Assembly: GCA_038736355.1 (NCBI GenBank)
Contig: JAVYML010000003.1
Coordinates: 214,093-278,092, forward strand
Source: Candidatus Hadarchaeales archaeon
GTDB taxonomy: Archaea > Hadarchaeota > Hadarchaeia > Hadarchaeales > WYZ-LMO6
Reading direction: 5' to 3'
Length of the DNA: 64,000 nt
The position numbers and the translations under genes are program-made. The notes beneath the pieces are model-generated. The model was given only the letters and a program-made list of their open reading frames with translations. It had not been told where the DNA came from and did not search any database. Shown piece after piece: positions 39,866 to 49,050 of this stretch (positions are counted from its first letter, which is position 1; each line of letters begins with the position of its first letter).

Positions 39866-40546
39866 ATGAAACAGGCGAGAATCTTAGCATTGGGCTCTAT
39901 AGGAATTACTGCTCTAGCGGTTTTCCTCTTCACTTTTTTTCCTTCCTCCCCAGAGATAGCCTTTATCTTCGCGGTGGGTGTAGCTTTTGTTATACTCCTC
40001 TTGGTGGCCCTTCCCCTTTTAGGAAGGGGAGAGGAATCTCCTTTCCCAGAAGAAGAGAGGAAGGAAATAGCTTCCAAGCTCAAAGAGGCCTTGGAAGAAG
40101 AAAAGGAGACCAAGCCTCAAGAAGCTGTAGAAGAAAAACCTCAGCCCAACCTCCTCTCCTGCCTCAGGGAGATTTCCCTTGAAGGATGGAAAATGGTGAG
40201 CGAAGGGGGAGTAAAAGAGGAAACCTTGTTGGGAACGCCAGGGAAAGGGGAAGGATTTTTTAGGATTTGGGAAGGCGAAAAAGGGAGGAGGCTTGCCCTT
40301 TACACCCTTCTCTTTCCCTCACCGGAAGAAGCCAAAAATTGTTTGCAGGAAATCTTGGCTAGGCTCGGTGATTGGCTCTACGAAAGCTATCCGGGAAGGG
40401 GTCACTTCTACTTGGAAAGGGAAAACATGGATGGAGCCGTGTGGAAGAAAGAAGAGGTATTGGTCCTCCTCTTACTCGGAGAAGCCAAGAGGGGAGAAGC
40501 TTCCGCCTTTTTGACCCTTCTTCCAGAAGCCCTTAAACCGCTCTGA
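39866..40546 (+). CDS. hypothetical membrane-anchored protein (2 N-terminal TM helices + acidic soluble domain)
   Basis: 226 aa; no family recognised. Confidence 0.4.
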   Translation: MKQARILALGSIGITALAVFLFTFFPSSPEIAFIFAVGVAFVILLLVALPLLGRGEESPFPEEERKEIASKLKEALEEEKETKPQEAVEEKPQPNLLSCLREISLEGWKMVSEGGVKEETLLGTPGKGEGFFRIWEGEKGRRLALYTLLFPSPEEAKNCLQEILARLGDWLYESYPGRGHFYLERENMDGAVWKKEEVLVLLLLGEAKRGEASAFLTLLPEALKPL

Positions 40547-41231
40547 GTTCTTCCAGTTTTTTCCTAGCTTCTTCCAAATCCTTGAAGGTATCCACTGGAA
40601 TCCAAAGGGGGAGCTCTGCCTTATAGCATCTCAACTTTCCTTCCCTGGCCAGTTCAGGAAAAAGAGTTTGTTCCACGTTTCCCTTTTTGAATTTCTCCAT
40701 CTTGGGAAGGAGGAGAGGACTGAGACAATAAACTCCTCCATTGACATAGTGGGGAAGTAGGGGTTTCTCCACGAAAGAAACAATTTTCTTCCCCCTCAGG
40801 CGCAGGATCCCGTAAGGACTTCTCATCCTTACCGCCAAAAGGGAAGCTAGGGCCCCAGATTTCTTGAAGTCTTCCCACATCCCCTTAAAGTCCATCTCCA
40901 TTACCACGTCCCCATTGCTCACTACCGCTTCCTTTCTGGCCTTCCTCATCCCAAGTCTAAGGGCGTTGAGGGTTCCAAGGGGCTTTCTTTCCACAACGTA
41001 TTCCAGCTCCATTCCCTCCCAACTCCTTCCATATCTTTTCTCGATCTCCTCGGCCTTGTACCCAGCCAAAAGGTATACCTTCCTTATGCCAGCCTTGCGG
41101 TAGAGGGAGAGCTGGTGGTCGAGGATGGTATATCCCCTTTTCAGTTCCAGCAAGACCTTAGGTATGGCTTGGGTGAGGGGAAAGAGCCTCTTACCGTAAC
41201 CTCCACAAAGGATCATCCCTACCGCTTCCAT
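40533..41231 (-). CDS. sugar-1-phosphate nucleotidylyltransferase (NTP_transferase family)
   Basis: N-terminal LCGGYGKRLFPLT G-x-G-x-R-L motif; 232 aa. Confidence 0.8.
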   Translation of the reverse strand: MEAVGMILCGGYGKRLFPLTQAIPKVLLELKRGYTILDHQLSLYRKAGIRKVYLLAGYKAEEIEKRYGRSWEGMELEYVVERKPLGTLNALRLGMRKARKEAVVSNGDVVMEMDFKGMWEDFKKSGALASLLAVRMRSPYGILRLRGKKIVSFVEKPLLPHYVNGGVYCLSPLLLPKMEKFKKGNVEQTLFPELAREGKLRCYKAELPLWIPVDTFKDLEEARKKLEELRAV

Positions 41232-41278
41232 CCCTCTCCTTTACCCACTCATTTTTAAAACTCCCCCGAGGAAAAAAA

Positions 41279-41845
41279 ATGATGAAGGCCCTCGTCTTCC
41301 TAGCTCCGGGTTTCGAGGAAATAGAGGCCATGACCATAGTGGATCTCCTCAGGCGGGGTGGAGTGGAAGTGGTAACAGCTGGCTTGGAAACACCCGTAGA
41401 GGGATCCCATGGGGTAAAGGTACTACCAGACAAAAAACTGGAAGAGGTCAGGGTCGAGGACTTCGATGCCGTGATTTGTCCTGGTGGCTATCCGGGATAC
41501 GAGAACCTGAAGAAAAACCAAAGGGTACTGGAAATGGTTAAAGAAGCCGCCCAAAAGAACAAGATAGTGGCCGCCATTTGCGGTGCTCCTTCCGTCCTCG
41601 CAGAGGCCGGAGTGTTGAAGGGTAAGAAAAGCACCATTTATCCAGGAATGGAGGCCGAACTGAAGAAAGCGGGAGGAAAACCTTCCAAGGGATTGGTGGT
41701 AGTGGATGGAAAGGTGATTACCAGCATGGGTCCTGCCACTGCTTTTGCCTTTGCACTGGAACTCCTGAAGCGCTTGGCGGGAAGAAAAAAGGCTGAGGAG
41801 GTAAAAAAGGCCACCCTCGCCCACTTGGGGGCAAAACTCAGATAA
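41279..41845 (+). CDS. DJ-1/PfpI family protein (class I glutamine amidotransferase-like)
   Basis: AICGAPSVLAEAGVLKGKKST nucleophile-elbow Cys; 188 aa; TTTTTAAAA TATA-like element about 25 nt upstream. Confidence 0.85.
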   Translation: MMKALVFLAPGFEEIEAMTIVDLLRRGGVEVVTAGLETPVEGSHGVKVLPDKKLEEVRVEDFDAVICPGGYPGYENLKKNQRVLEMVKEAAQKNKIVAAICGAPSVLAEAGVLKGKKSTIYPGMEAELKKAGGKPSKGLVVVDGKVITSMGPATAFAFALELLKRLAGRKKAEEVKKATLAHLGAKLR

Positions 41846-41848
41846 ACG

Positions 41849-42781
41849 TCAAGCTCTAGGTCTAAGACCAAGGATCCTTCTGGCCTCATCGGGGGAGGCT
41901 ACTTCCCTTCCCAGCTCCCTTGCCAGCCTAACCACCTTTTCCACCAGTTCCGCATTGCTCTTGGCCAAGACCCCCCTTTCCAAATAGATGTTGTCCTCCA
42001 TTCCCACCCTCACGTGTCCTCCCAGAATGATGGCCAAAGCCGCCATGGGCATCTCATACCTTCCCGGAGCGCATACCGACCAAGTCCAACTCTCCGGTAT
42101 GGCCTTAACACAATACAGAAGGGTCTCTGGAGCGGGGGACATACAGGAAAGCCCACCCATCATCACGAATTGAACGTGCAGTGGCTCTTTCAGTTTTCCC
42201 TCCCTCACGAGAACCTTCGCAGTGTTGATCTGACCCGTGTCATAGATTTCCAGTTCAGGTTTCACACCATTCTTGTACATGTACTCCGCCCACCTCTCGA
42301 TCCTGGCCACAGGATTTTCGAAAATTTCCTCCCTCAGGGAGGGAATACCCATGTCCTCCCACAAGTTGATGGAACCCATGTTTAGAGAACTCATTTCCTG
42401 TCCAAAGGTCATCCTCTCTTCCATTACCTTATCCAGGGTCCTTCGGTATTCTTCCTGGGTCATCTCCACTTTCCTTCCAAGCATTTCAGCGAGAGGACCA
42501 GGCAAAGGCCTTCCCCCTCCAGTCGTGAGATTGATGATGATATCCGAGGCCTCGCTTTCCCTTATCCTTCTGATGTATTCAGGAAAAATGGAGTTGGGAT
42601 TGGGATGGGGAAGTCCCGTTTCAGGATCCTTGGCATGGAGATGCACTACGGATGCACCAGCCTTTCTGCACCTAACCACTTCTTCCACGATTTCTTCCAC
42701 CGTACATGGGACGTAGGGAGTCTGCATCTTGGAAACGTATTCCCCTCCGGTAGGTGCTACCGTGATGATCAGTTTCTCCAT
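41849..42781 (-). CDS. 3-keto-5-aminohexanoate cleavage enzyme family protein (BKACE/DUF849, TIM barrel)
   Basis: IITVAPTGG...PYVPCTVEEIVEEVVRCRKAGASVVHLHAKD signature; 310 aa. Confidence 0.7.
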   Translation of the reverse strand: MEKLIITVAPTGGEYVSKMQTPYVPCTVEEIVEEVVRCRKAGASVVHLHAKDPETGLPHPNPNSIFPEYIRRIRESEASDIIINLTTGGGRPLPGPLAEMLGRKVEMTQEEYRRTLDKVMEERMTFGQEMSSLNMGSINLWEDMGIPSLREEIFENPVARIERWAEYMYKNGVKPELEIYDTGQINTAKVLVREGKLKEPLHVQFVMMGGLSCMSPAPETLLYCVKAIPESWTWSVCAPGRYEMPMAALAIILGGHVRVGMEDNIYLERGVLAKSNAELVEKVVRLARELGREVASPDEARRILGLRPRA

Positions 42782-42830
42782 CTTTCTTCTTCGTTTTCAA
42801 ACCTTTTTATTCCTAAGGAAAAGGAAAAAG

Positions 42831-43550
42831 ATGCCTGAAAAAGTAGAAGTGGTGCTCGGAGAGATTTCTAGGATAAACTTGAATCGACCGGAAAGGAAGA
42901 ACGCGCTCGATTTACAAATGTTGGAGGAACTGGACGAGGTTCTAGAGGAAGTAAAGGAGTATAAACCAAGGGTACTGGTTCTGGGGGGGAAGGGGGACAC
43001 CTTTTGCTCAGGTCTGGATACCTCGGTGCTAGCAGAACTGGCTGGTTGGGAAGAAGAGAGACTCCTCCCCATCATAGACCTTGCCCAAAGGGTAATAGCA
43101 AAACTCAGGAGAATGGACTGTCCTGTGATAGCGGCTTGTCAGAGGTATGCCATAGGAGGGGGGATGCAGCTCGCCCTAGCGGCCGATTTGAGACTTGCCA
43201 CTCCAGGAACCACCTTCTACTTAAGGGAACCGGAATTCGGTATCCTTCCAGACATGGGAGCCCTTTATCTCTTACCCAGGATAGTGGGGGAAGGCCTGGC
43301 TAGGGATCTCATCTTGACCGGAAGAAGGATGACGGCGGAGGAAGGTGAGAAAGTGGGATTGGTGAATGGGATTTTCCCCTCTCTAGAGGAAGGAATAAAA
43401 CTGTATGTGGAGAGAATTCTCTCCCTACATCACACCCCACTCCGCGAGTCCAAGAGAATACTGGAGGCCTGTTGGGAAGAGGGATTTGACTCAAACATGG
43501 CAAAGGCCAAAGAAGCGCAACTCAGATGTTTGAGGGAACTTAAGACCTAA
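42831..43550 (+). CDS. enoyl-CoA hydratase/isomerase (crotonase) family protein
   Basis: INLNRPERKNAL...GGKGDTFCSGLD...AIGGGMQLALAADLRLA oxyanion-hole motifs. Start is set at the internal ATG at 42831. Confidence 0.85.
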   Translation: MPEKVEVVLGEISRINLNRPERKNALDLQMLEELDEVLEEVKEYKPRVLVLGGKGDTFCSGLDTSVLAELAGWEEERLLPIIDLAQRVIAKLRRMDCPVIAACQRYAIGGGMQLALAADLRLATPGTTFYLREPEFGILPDMGALYLLPRIVGEGLARDLILTGRRMTAEEGEKVGLVNGIFPSLEEGIKLYVERILSLHHTPLRESKRILEACWEEGFDSNMAKAKEAQLRCLRELKT

Positions 43551-44925
43551 GGGCCCTCATGTGCTCAATGCTCCTTTTCACATGCTCCCTGAGGGCTATG
43601 TCTTCCCTATGTCTGAGCGGACCATCCACTCTCCTTATGGCCTCGAGTGCTATCTCCCTAGCCCTTTCCAAATCATCCCCTATCCCCACGGCAGCCACGG
43701 TCCTGGAACTTAGGGCCCAAAGTTCTCCATTTTCCCTGACTTCCAGAGAACCGGGATAAAGCCTCAGGTCCTCCCCGTATTTTGCCTTCAGGGCTTCCGC
43801 TTCCTCCAGCTTCACTCTCCTGGGCCCCGAGTACTTCCTGTAACCCCCGTATTCCAAAGGAACGGCATAGATCACCACGCTGGCCCTCCTTTTAAACCTC
43901 ATTCCCCTCAGCTCACCATCCAAACAGCGAAAACAGATTTCCACGAAGTCGTCCTCCAACAAAGGCATCAGGTTCATTACCTCTGGATCCCCCCACCTGC
44001 TATTCACTTCCAGCACCTTAACCCCCTCCCGTGTGAGAATGTATCCCATGTACATTACTCCCATCAACTTCGGATTCCTTCCCTCTCCCTTGAGTCTCCG
44101 GTGGAGACGTTCGGCTATTTCTATCGCCTGCTCCCAATCCCTTCTCTCCATGAAGGGAAGGAGCTCATCCACATCCTTATAGGATCCCATCCCTCCCGTG
44201 TTGGGCCCCTGATCCCAGTCAAAGGCCCTCTTGTAATCCCTTACGCATGGAGTAGGGATCAAATGTTCTCCATCCGAAAGGAACTGGAGAGAAAATTCCT
44301 CCCCCTCCAGCTTTTCTTCCACGATTACAGGCCCCTTAGAAAAAGAAGGAAGGAAGTACTCGTAAAACATTTCCTCTCTCGTCCTGAAATGATCCCCCCA
44401 CACCCCTACTCCCTTTCCTGTGGCCGGGGCATCCGGTTTTACGGCCACCTTCTCGCCCACTTCATCCAACCAGCGATAGACCTCTTCCTTCACCTTCTCC
44501 TTGGGTATCTCGGCGGGATCGAAAACCTTAAACCTGGGATTGGCTTCGGGAGCCACTTCTTCCAGCAACTTCCTCTGCTTCACCTTACTCTTCTCTATGA
44601 AGTACTCCAAACTGGGACAAATCATCTTTATTCCCGTTTCCTTCTCCAACACATCCCTTATCCCCTGAATACCCGGTCCTTCCGGTCCCAAGATCCCAAA
44701 GGAGATTTCCTTCGCATGTTTCTTCGCAAACTTCACGATATCCCTCACGTTCAAATCGGGAATTACCACATGTTCTCCTCCCGTCTCTTGGGCCTTCTTC
44801 AGGTTGAAGGGATTCCTTTGTCTATCGGCTATGAACAACTTGACCATATGCCAGCTTCGACAAAGGGTATCGGCCAAACAGGCAAACCTGCTTCCGTAAC
44901 TCACCCCGAGCACACCTACTGGCAT
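43540..44925 (-). CDS. purD: phosphoribosylamine--glycine ligase (GAR synthetase, ATP-grasp)
   Basis: ATP-grasp core, GPNTGGMG and KVLEVNSRWGDPE motifs; 461 aa; divergent N-terminal domain. Confidence 0.85.
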   Translation of the reverse strand: MPVGVLGVSYGSRFACLADTLCRSWHMVKLFIADRQRNPFNLKKAQETGGEHVVIPDLNVRDIVKFAKKHAKEISFGILGPEGPGIQGIRDVLEKETGIKMICPSLEYFIEKSKVKQRKLLEEVAPEANPRFKVFDPAEIPKEKVKEEVYRWLDEVGEKVAVKPDAPATGKGVGVWGDHFRTREEMFYEYFLPSFSKGPVIVEEKLEGEEFSLQFLSDGEHLIPTPCVRDYKRAFDWDQGPNTGGMGSYKDVDELLPFMERRDWEQAIEIAERLHRRLKGEGRNPKLMGVMYMGYILTREGVKVLEVNSRWGDPEVMNLMPLLEDDFVEICFRCLDGELRGMRFKRRASVVIYAVPLEYGGYRKYSGPRRVKLEEAEALKAKYGEDLRLYPGSLEVRENGELWALSSRTVAAVGIGDDLERAREIALEAIRRVDGPLRHREDIALREHVKRSIEHMRALRS

Positions 44926-44926
44926 T

Positions 44927-45613
44927 CTATTCCTCCATCCTCACGTAACCTTCTTTCCATTCACCATTCGTCCTAACGTAAACTTTTCCCCTCTCGTCCA
45001 AGGCGAATTTTCCTTGCGAAAGGAGCCTGAGGGCCTCTCTATAAGCAGGACCATCGCATTTCACCTTCATGAGCTCCTGCTGTTCTTCTGGGCTTCTACC
45101 CTCCACGGGGAGAGGGGGAGAAATAACTAGGATGGGGCCCTGATCCGCCTCTTCGATCATGATGTGAACCGTAGACCTCGTCACCTTTTCCCCCGCTTCC
45201 AACTGGGCCCTGACGGCACCCAATCCCGTATATTTCCTTCTTCCCCCTTCCTCTATGGAAAGATCAGCGGGATGAACGTTCAGAACACGGTAAGGAAACC
45301 TGCTTAGGAAGAGGGGTGTGAGGATATACATGTAACCTGAACAAGCCACTATGTCCGGCTCCCATCCCCTTCTCTCTATTACTGAGAGAAGCTCCTTTTC
45401 GTATTCCTCCCTCACCTTCATGTCCCTGATGGGTCTGCCCGCGTAGAAGTCGTAGATATCCACTACCTCCACCGGTATCCCAAAGGTCTGGAACTTGGCA
45501 ATTCCAGGAGCTTTCTTATTGGAAGAAATTCCTCCTATGACCTCGTAGCCTTCTCCTCCCACCATAAAGGGAAGGGCACTTGCCCCGCCTGAAAAGAGAA
45601 CCAAGACTTTCAT
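44927..45613 (-). CDS. purN: phosphoribosylglycinamide formyltransferase-like protein with about 45-aa C-terminal extension. An alternative ATG at 45649 adds 12 aa.
   Basis: MKVLVLFSGG N-terminus, LNVHPADL and HIMIEEADQGPIL formyltransferase motifs. The track's 151-aa N-terminal extension is low-complexity and antisense to the membrane gene. Confidence 0.7.
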   Translation of the reverse strand: MKVLVLFSGGASALPFMVGGEGYEVIGGISSNKKAPGIAKFQTFGIPVEVVDIYDFYAGRPIRDMKVREEYEKELLSVIERRGWEPDIVACSGYMYILTPLFLSRFPYRVLNVHPADLSIEEGGRRKYTGLGAVRAQLEAGEKVTRSTVHIMIEEADQGPILVISPPLPVEGRSPEEQQELMKVKCDGPAYREALRLLSQGKFALDERGKVYVRTNGEWKEGYVRMEE

Positions 45614-45692
45614 CTTCCTTCCTTCCTTGGGCTCGTAGATGGGCTTCATGCTAAAAAAATGCGCGGGCCTTCCCTTATCTATTTCGGTGGAC

Positions 45693-46532
45693 TCAGAGCA
45701 ACTCGGAGAGCAAGAATCCCAATAGGCAACCAGCGGAGAGGAAGGGAAGACCGGGAAAGATCCTTCCAGGCTTCCTATGAAGGAGGAGCAAAAGGAAGAG
45801 GAGGAAAAGGGCGGAGGAGAAGGAGACGAGAAGGAAGGAAAGAAGGCCTTCACAGGCAAAAACGGAGGACGAGAAAAGGAGGGGCAGGATGAGATCCCCT
45901 CCTCCCAGATAGAAAATTTTTCCCTTTCCTCTTCCGACGGGTTTTCCTTCTTCAAGGAATTCTCCAAGATTCTTCGGAACCGACAGAAGAAGGGAGCTGG
46001 AAGAAGGGACGAGCCTTTCGGCCATGAAAACCATGTGCTTGCTGACGAATACGGAAAAATAATCATAAACGGAGAAAAGGGCCAGGAGTAGGATACCGGG
46101 AAGGGGACTCAGAGAGACCCCCAGCACCGCTCCCACCCCTGCTGAAGAGAGGATTAGAACAAGGTCCCTGTTGAGATGACTGGGTCTAATCATTCTCCAT
46201 CCCACTAGCAGAAGGGAGAGGAAAAATCCCAGAGGAAACCAGCCAAACTTTGCCCCAATCAGTAAATCCAGCGTAAGCCAACAACAGAAAAAGATCACCA
46301 TGACTTCGAAAATCCTGAACCATCTGGCCTTGAACTTCAGTAAAAAAAGAACGAAAAGGGTAAGGGGAAGGAGGACGGCGAAGAGGTAGAGAGAATTCCA
46401 AACACTTTGTGGATTGGAAAAAAGGAGTTCCGCTTCCTTTTTTTCCACTAACTCGAGATATCTGTCACTCACCATCAAACCCAAGAACTGCACCGTCAGA
46501 AAGAAAAGGAGCAAAACTATCGCTGCCTTCAT
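45693..46532 (-). CDS. putative presenilin / signal-peptide-peptidase-like intramembrane aspartyl protease (A22 family)
   Basis: Polytopic membrane protein with a YD motif (LFSVYDYFSVF), an LGGGD motif (IFYLGGGDLILPL) and a PGL/PAL-like motif (FPGLPFLSAG), in the canonical order on successive TM helices. Confidence 0.45.
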   Translation of the reverse strand: MKAAIVLLLFFLTVQFLGLMVSDRYLELVEKKEAELLFSNPQSVWNSLYLFAVLLPLTLFVLFLLKFKARWFRIFEVMVIFFCCWLTLDLLIGAKFGWFPLGFFLSLLLVGWRMIRPSHLNRDLVLILSSAGVGAVLGVSLSPLPGILLLALFSVYDYFSVFVSKHMVFMAERLVPSSSSLLLSVPKNLGEFLEEGKPVGRGKGKIFYLGGGDLILPLLFSSSVFACEGLLSFLLVSFSSALFLLFLLLLLHRKPGRIFPGLPFLSAGCLLGFLLSELL

Positions 46533-46591
46533 CCTCTATCCTTGGCCTAGAAGAAAAAAACTGTTTTTTACCTCCTTTCCCACAACAAAAG

Positions 46592-47113
46592 ATGGAAGAA
46601 AAAGAAGGATTGCTGGAAGTGGCCAGACTCATGGCCCTTTCAGCTAGAACCGCTCCAAAGGCAAGGGGTAGGGATCACCTCAGGATAAGGATCCTGACTA
46701 TTCCCGAAAAAGAAAAACTGGCGGAGAAGATGGAGGAGATGGCGAATCAATACGAGTTCTTCCGCAGGGATGCCAAAAACATCAGAACTGCCAATACCGT
46801 TTTGCTCATAGGACTGGTGGGAGAACCCATGGACCTAAATTGCGGGGCCTGCGGCAGGAGCTGCGAGGAAATCAGAAAGGAGGGTAAGAAAGAGGGGAGG
46901 GGATGCGCTGGACCCATATGTGTAGTGGATGCCCTCAATTTGGGTATAGCCCTGGGTTCTGCCGCCAAAACGGCCTCGCTACTCAATGTGGATAACAGAA
47001 TGATGTTTTCTGCCGGGGTGGCCGCCAGGAAAGCCGGACTAATGGAAGCCGATGTGGTGATTGCCCTCCCCCTCTCTGCCACGGGAAAGAACCCCTTCTT
47101 CGATAGGGGATAA
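46592..47113 (+). CDS. conserved hypothetical Cys-containing protein (archaeal; DUF2148-like?)
   Basis: 173 aa from the internal ATG; NCGACGRSC and GCAGPICVVDAL motifs. The track's N-terminal 61 aa look non-coding. Confidence 0.45.
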   Translation: MEEKEGLLEVARLMALSARTAPKARGRDHLRIRILTIPEKEKLAEKMEEMANQYEFFRRDAKNIRTANTVLLIGLVGEPMDLNCGACGRSCEEIRKEGKKEGRGCAGPICVVDALNLGIALGSAAKTASLLNVDNRMMFSAGVAARKAGLMEADVVIALPLSATGKNPFFDRG

Positions 47114-47151
47114 CCTCTTATGGAGGAAAGGGAGAAGAAAAAGGTGGTCCA

Positions 47152-47274
47152 ATGGCGTGTGGAGGGGCTGAGGTAAGCGCCACCGTGGAGGAAGAAAAGC
47201 TCTTGAAGAAAAAGGCTGAGGCCCTAAAGGAGTGGGAAGAGTTCAAAAAGATGAGCAAGAAAAAAATCAAGTAA
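47152..47274 (+). CDS. possible small protein (40 aa): MACGGAEVSATVEEEKLLKKKAEALKEWEEFKKMSKKKIK
   Basis: Below the ORF-track cutoff; intergenic between the Cys-protein gene and nikR; charged helical tail. Unsupported beyond ORF integrity. Confidence 0.2.
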   Translation: MACGGAEVSATVEEEKLLKKKAEALKEWEEFKKMSKKKIK

Positions 47275-47275
47275 G

Positions 47276-47692
47276 TCAAGTGCCTGCCACTACAAGCTTA
47301 ACCTGTTTCACTCCCCTGAGGGCTCCTAGCCTATCCACCAATTTTTTTATTTCTCCCGCCGTTCCTCTGACCAAAAGGGTTTCCATGCAATTCTTCTCAT
47401 CTAAGTGAAGATGTTGGGAAGAACGGATGATCCCTTCACTTCTATGCTGTATTTCTAGGATCTCTTCCGTCAAACCTCTAACCTCATGATCGTAAACCAT
47501 CACCACCACCCCCAAGAGCTCCCCCTCCAATTCGCTGCGCCATTTGTAATTGGTGAGGAAATCCCTGATGGCATCTCTAATGGCCTCAGAGCGACTTACA
47601 TAGTTCTGCGATTTAAGAGAACGATCTAGTTCATGCAAAAGATCCTCGGGAAGGGTAATGCTTATCCTAGTTATTTTCTCTCCCATCTTCAA
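47276..47692 (-). CDS. nikR: nickel-responsive transcriptional regulator NikR
   Basis: N-terminal ribbon-helix-helix (ITRISITLPEDLLHELD), C-terminal nickel-binding ACT-like domain with H..H...C ligands (VVMVYDHEV...HLHLDEKNC); 138 aa. Confidence 0.85.
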   Translation of the reverse strand: MKMGEKITRISITLPEDLLHELDRSLKSQNYVSRSEAIRDAIRDFLTNYKWRSELEGELLGVVVMVYDHEVRGLTEEILEIQHRSEGIIRSSQHLHLDEKNCMETLLVRGTAGEIKKLVDRLGALRGVKQVKLVVAGT

Positions 47693-47833
47693 CCTTAAGC
47701 CTCAGGTTCTTTAATCCTACCGGAGACCCAAATTAGAAATGTTTAAATTGTTTCCTCCAGGGTGTAGGATACGTGAAAGATGGGCTGGTAACGGCTCAAG
47801 AGATAACCTTTTACAACTCCCAAAACCCGAAAC

Positions 47834-48631
47834 TTGGGTGAGAACCTGAAGATAGCGATAACAGGGAAGGGAGGGGTGGGAAAAACCACCATAGCAGCTG
47901 GACTGGCTAGGGCCTTTGGCAGGAGGGGAAAGAAAGTGGTGGCCCTAGACTTGGATCCTTCCCCCAACCTCCTCTTCACGTTGGGAACGGAGGGAGAAGT
48001 GGCGAAAGAAAAGCTGATACCCCTGATGGAGAGGTCTTCTCTCATCCAAGAGAGAACTGGAGCACCACCGGAGGGATATGGTCTGGTCTTCAAACTCAAC
48101 CCCAAGGTAGACGACCTTCTCGATAGATTCGGTATAAAATGCAGGGATGGAGTGAAGTTACTGGTAGTGGGGAAAATCAGGAAGGGTGGACAGGGTTGTT
48201 TCTGTCCCGCCAATGCCCTTGCCAGGAGACTCATTGAGTATCTTTCTAGAGTGGCCGAAGTCCTCGTCCTAGACATGGAAGCGGGAGTGGAACATCTGGG
48301 GAGGGGAACCACGCAGGCTACGGAGGTAATGATCGTGGTGGTAGAACCAAGTCTAAAATCCCTCGAAACCGCCAAACAGATCAAAAAGCTTGGAGAAGAT
48401 TTGGGGATAAACAAGATTTTCTCCGTGCTCAACAAGTTCAGGGAGGGAAGTGAGGGATTGATGAGAAAATTGGAAGAGGAAGGCATGCCCGTTCTGGCCG
48501 TTATTCCCTATACGGAAGCGGTGGCAAGAGCGGAGTTACTCGGAGAATCCGTTTTCGATTCTGAGGAAGGAAAGAATCTTTTTTCCAAATTCATGGAGCT
48601 CAGCTTGGAGCTGGAGGAAAGGATCAGATGA
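47834..48631 (+). CDS. cooC: CooC-type nickel-insertion ATPase (MinD/Mrp superfamily). No CODH or ACS gene is present in the window.
   Basis: ITGKGGVGKTT deviant Walker A, CFCPANA (CxC nickel-binding motif characteristic of CooC/AcsF); 265 aa; TTG start. Confidence 0.75.
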   Translation: MGENLKIAITGKGGVGKTTIAAGLARAFGRRGKKVVALDLDPSPNLLFTLGTEGEVAKEKLIPLMERSSLIQERTGAPPEGYGLVFKLNPKVDDLLDRFGIKCRDGVKLLVVGKIRKGGQGCFCPANALARRLIEYLSRVAEVLVLDMEAGVEHLGRGTTQATEVMIVVVEPSLKSLETAKQIKKLGEDLGINKIFSVLNKFREGSEGLMRKLEEEGMPVLAVIPYTEAVARAELLGESVFDSEEGKNLFSKFMELSLELEERIR

Positions 48632-49050
48632 AGAAGGTCTTTCCGAGACTGGGCGCCTCCGTACTGGTGGAAAGGGGAGATAAGATCTTGCTGGTAAAGA
48701 GGGGTTCTGAGCCTGGAAAGGGAAGATGGGCGTTACCTGGAGGACTGGTGGAAGTTGGTGAAGGAATAAGAAAAGCTGCAGTGAGAGAAGTGAAGGAAGA
48801 GACGGGAATAAAGATAAGACTCAAGGGGTTGGTGGGTGTCTACGATATCTTGGAAAAGAATGGAAAGGGAGTGCTCCAATACCATTACGTTACCGTCTGC
48901 TTTTTGGGAGAAGCCCTCTCCACCGAAGTGAGGAAGGGGGGTGAAGTGCTGGATGCGGGATGGTTCGGGAGGGAAGAACTGGGGAAGAAAAAACTCACTA
49001 AAACCACCCGGAGGATTTTAAAGGAAAGGGGTTGGCTGGTGAAAGGTTGA
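48628..49050 (+). CDS. NUDIX hydrolase
   Basis: Nudix box GGLVEVGEGIRKAAVREVKEETGI; 140 aa. Confidence 0.85.
   Translation: MKKVFPRLGASVLVERGDKILLVKRGSEPGKGRWALPGGLVEVGEGIRKAAVREVKEETGIKIRLKGLVGVYDILEKNGKGVLQYHYVTVCFLGEALSTEVRKGGEVLDAGWFGREELGKKKLTKTTRRILKERGWLVKG

Noticed and set aside
45659-46091. K/E/G/R-rich ORFs on the plus strand (45659..45892, 45777..46091) and the 151-aa N-terminal extension of the purN ORF
   Set aside because: Generated by the GGAAGG-rich reverse complement of the membrane-protein gene's low-complexity tail. No start context. The real genes account for the region.
47743-48486. 247-aa minus-strand ORF
   Set aside because: Antisense to cooC. No motifs.
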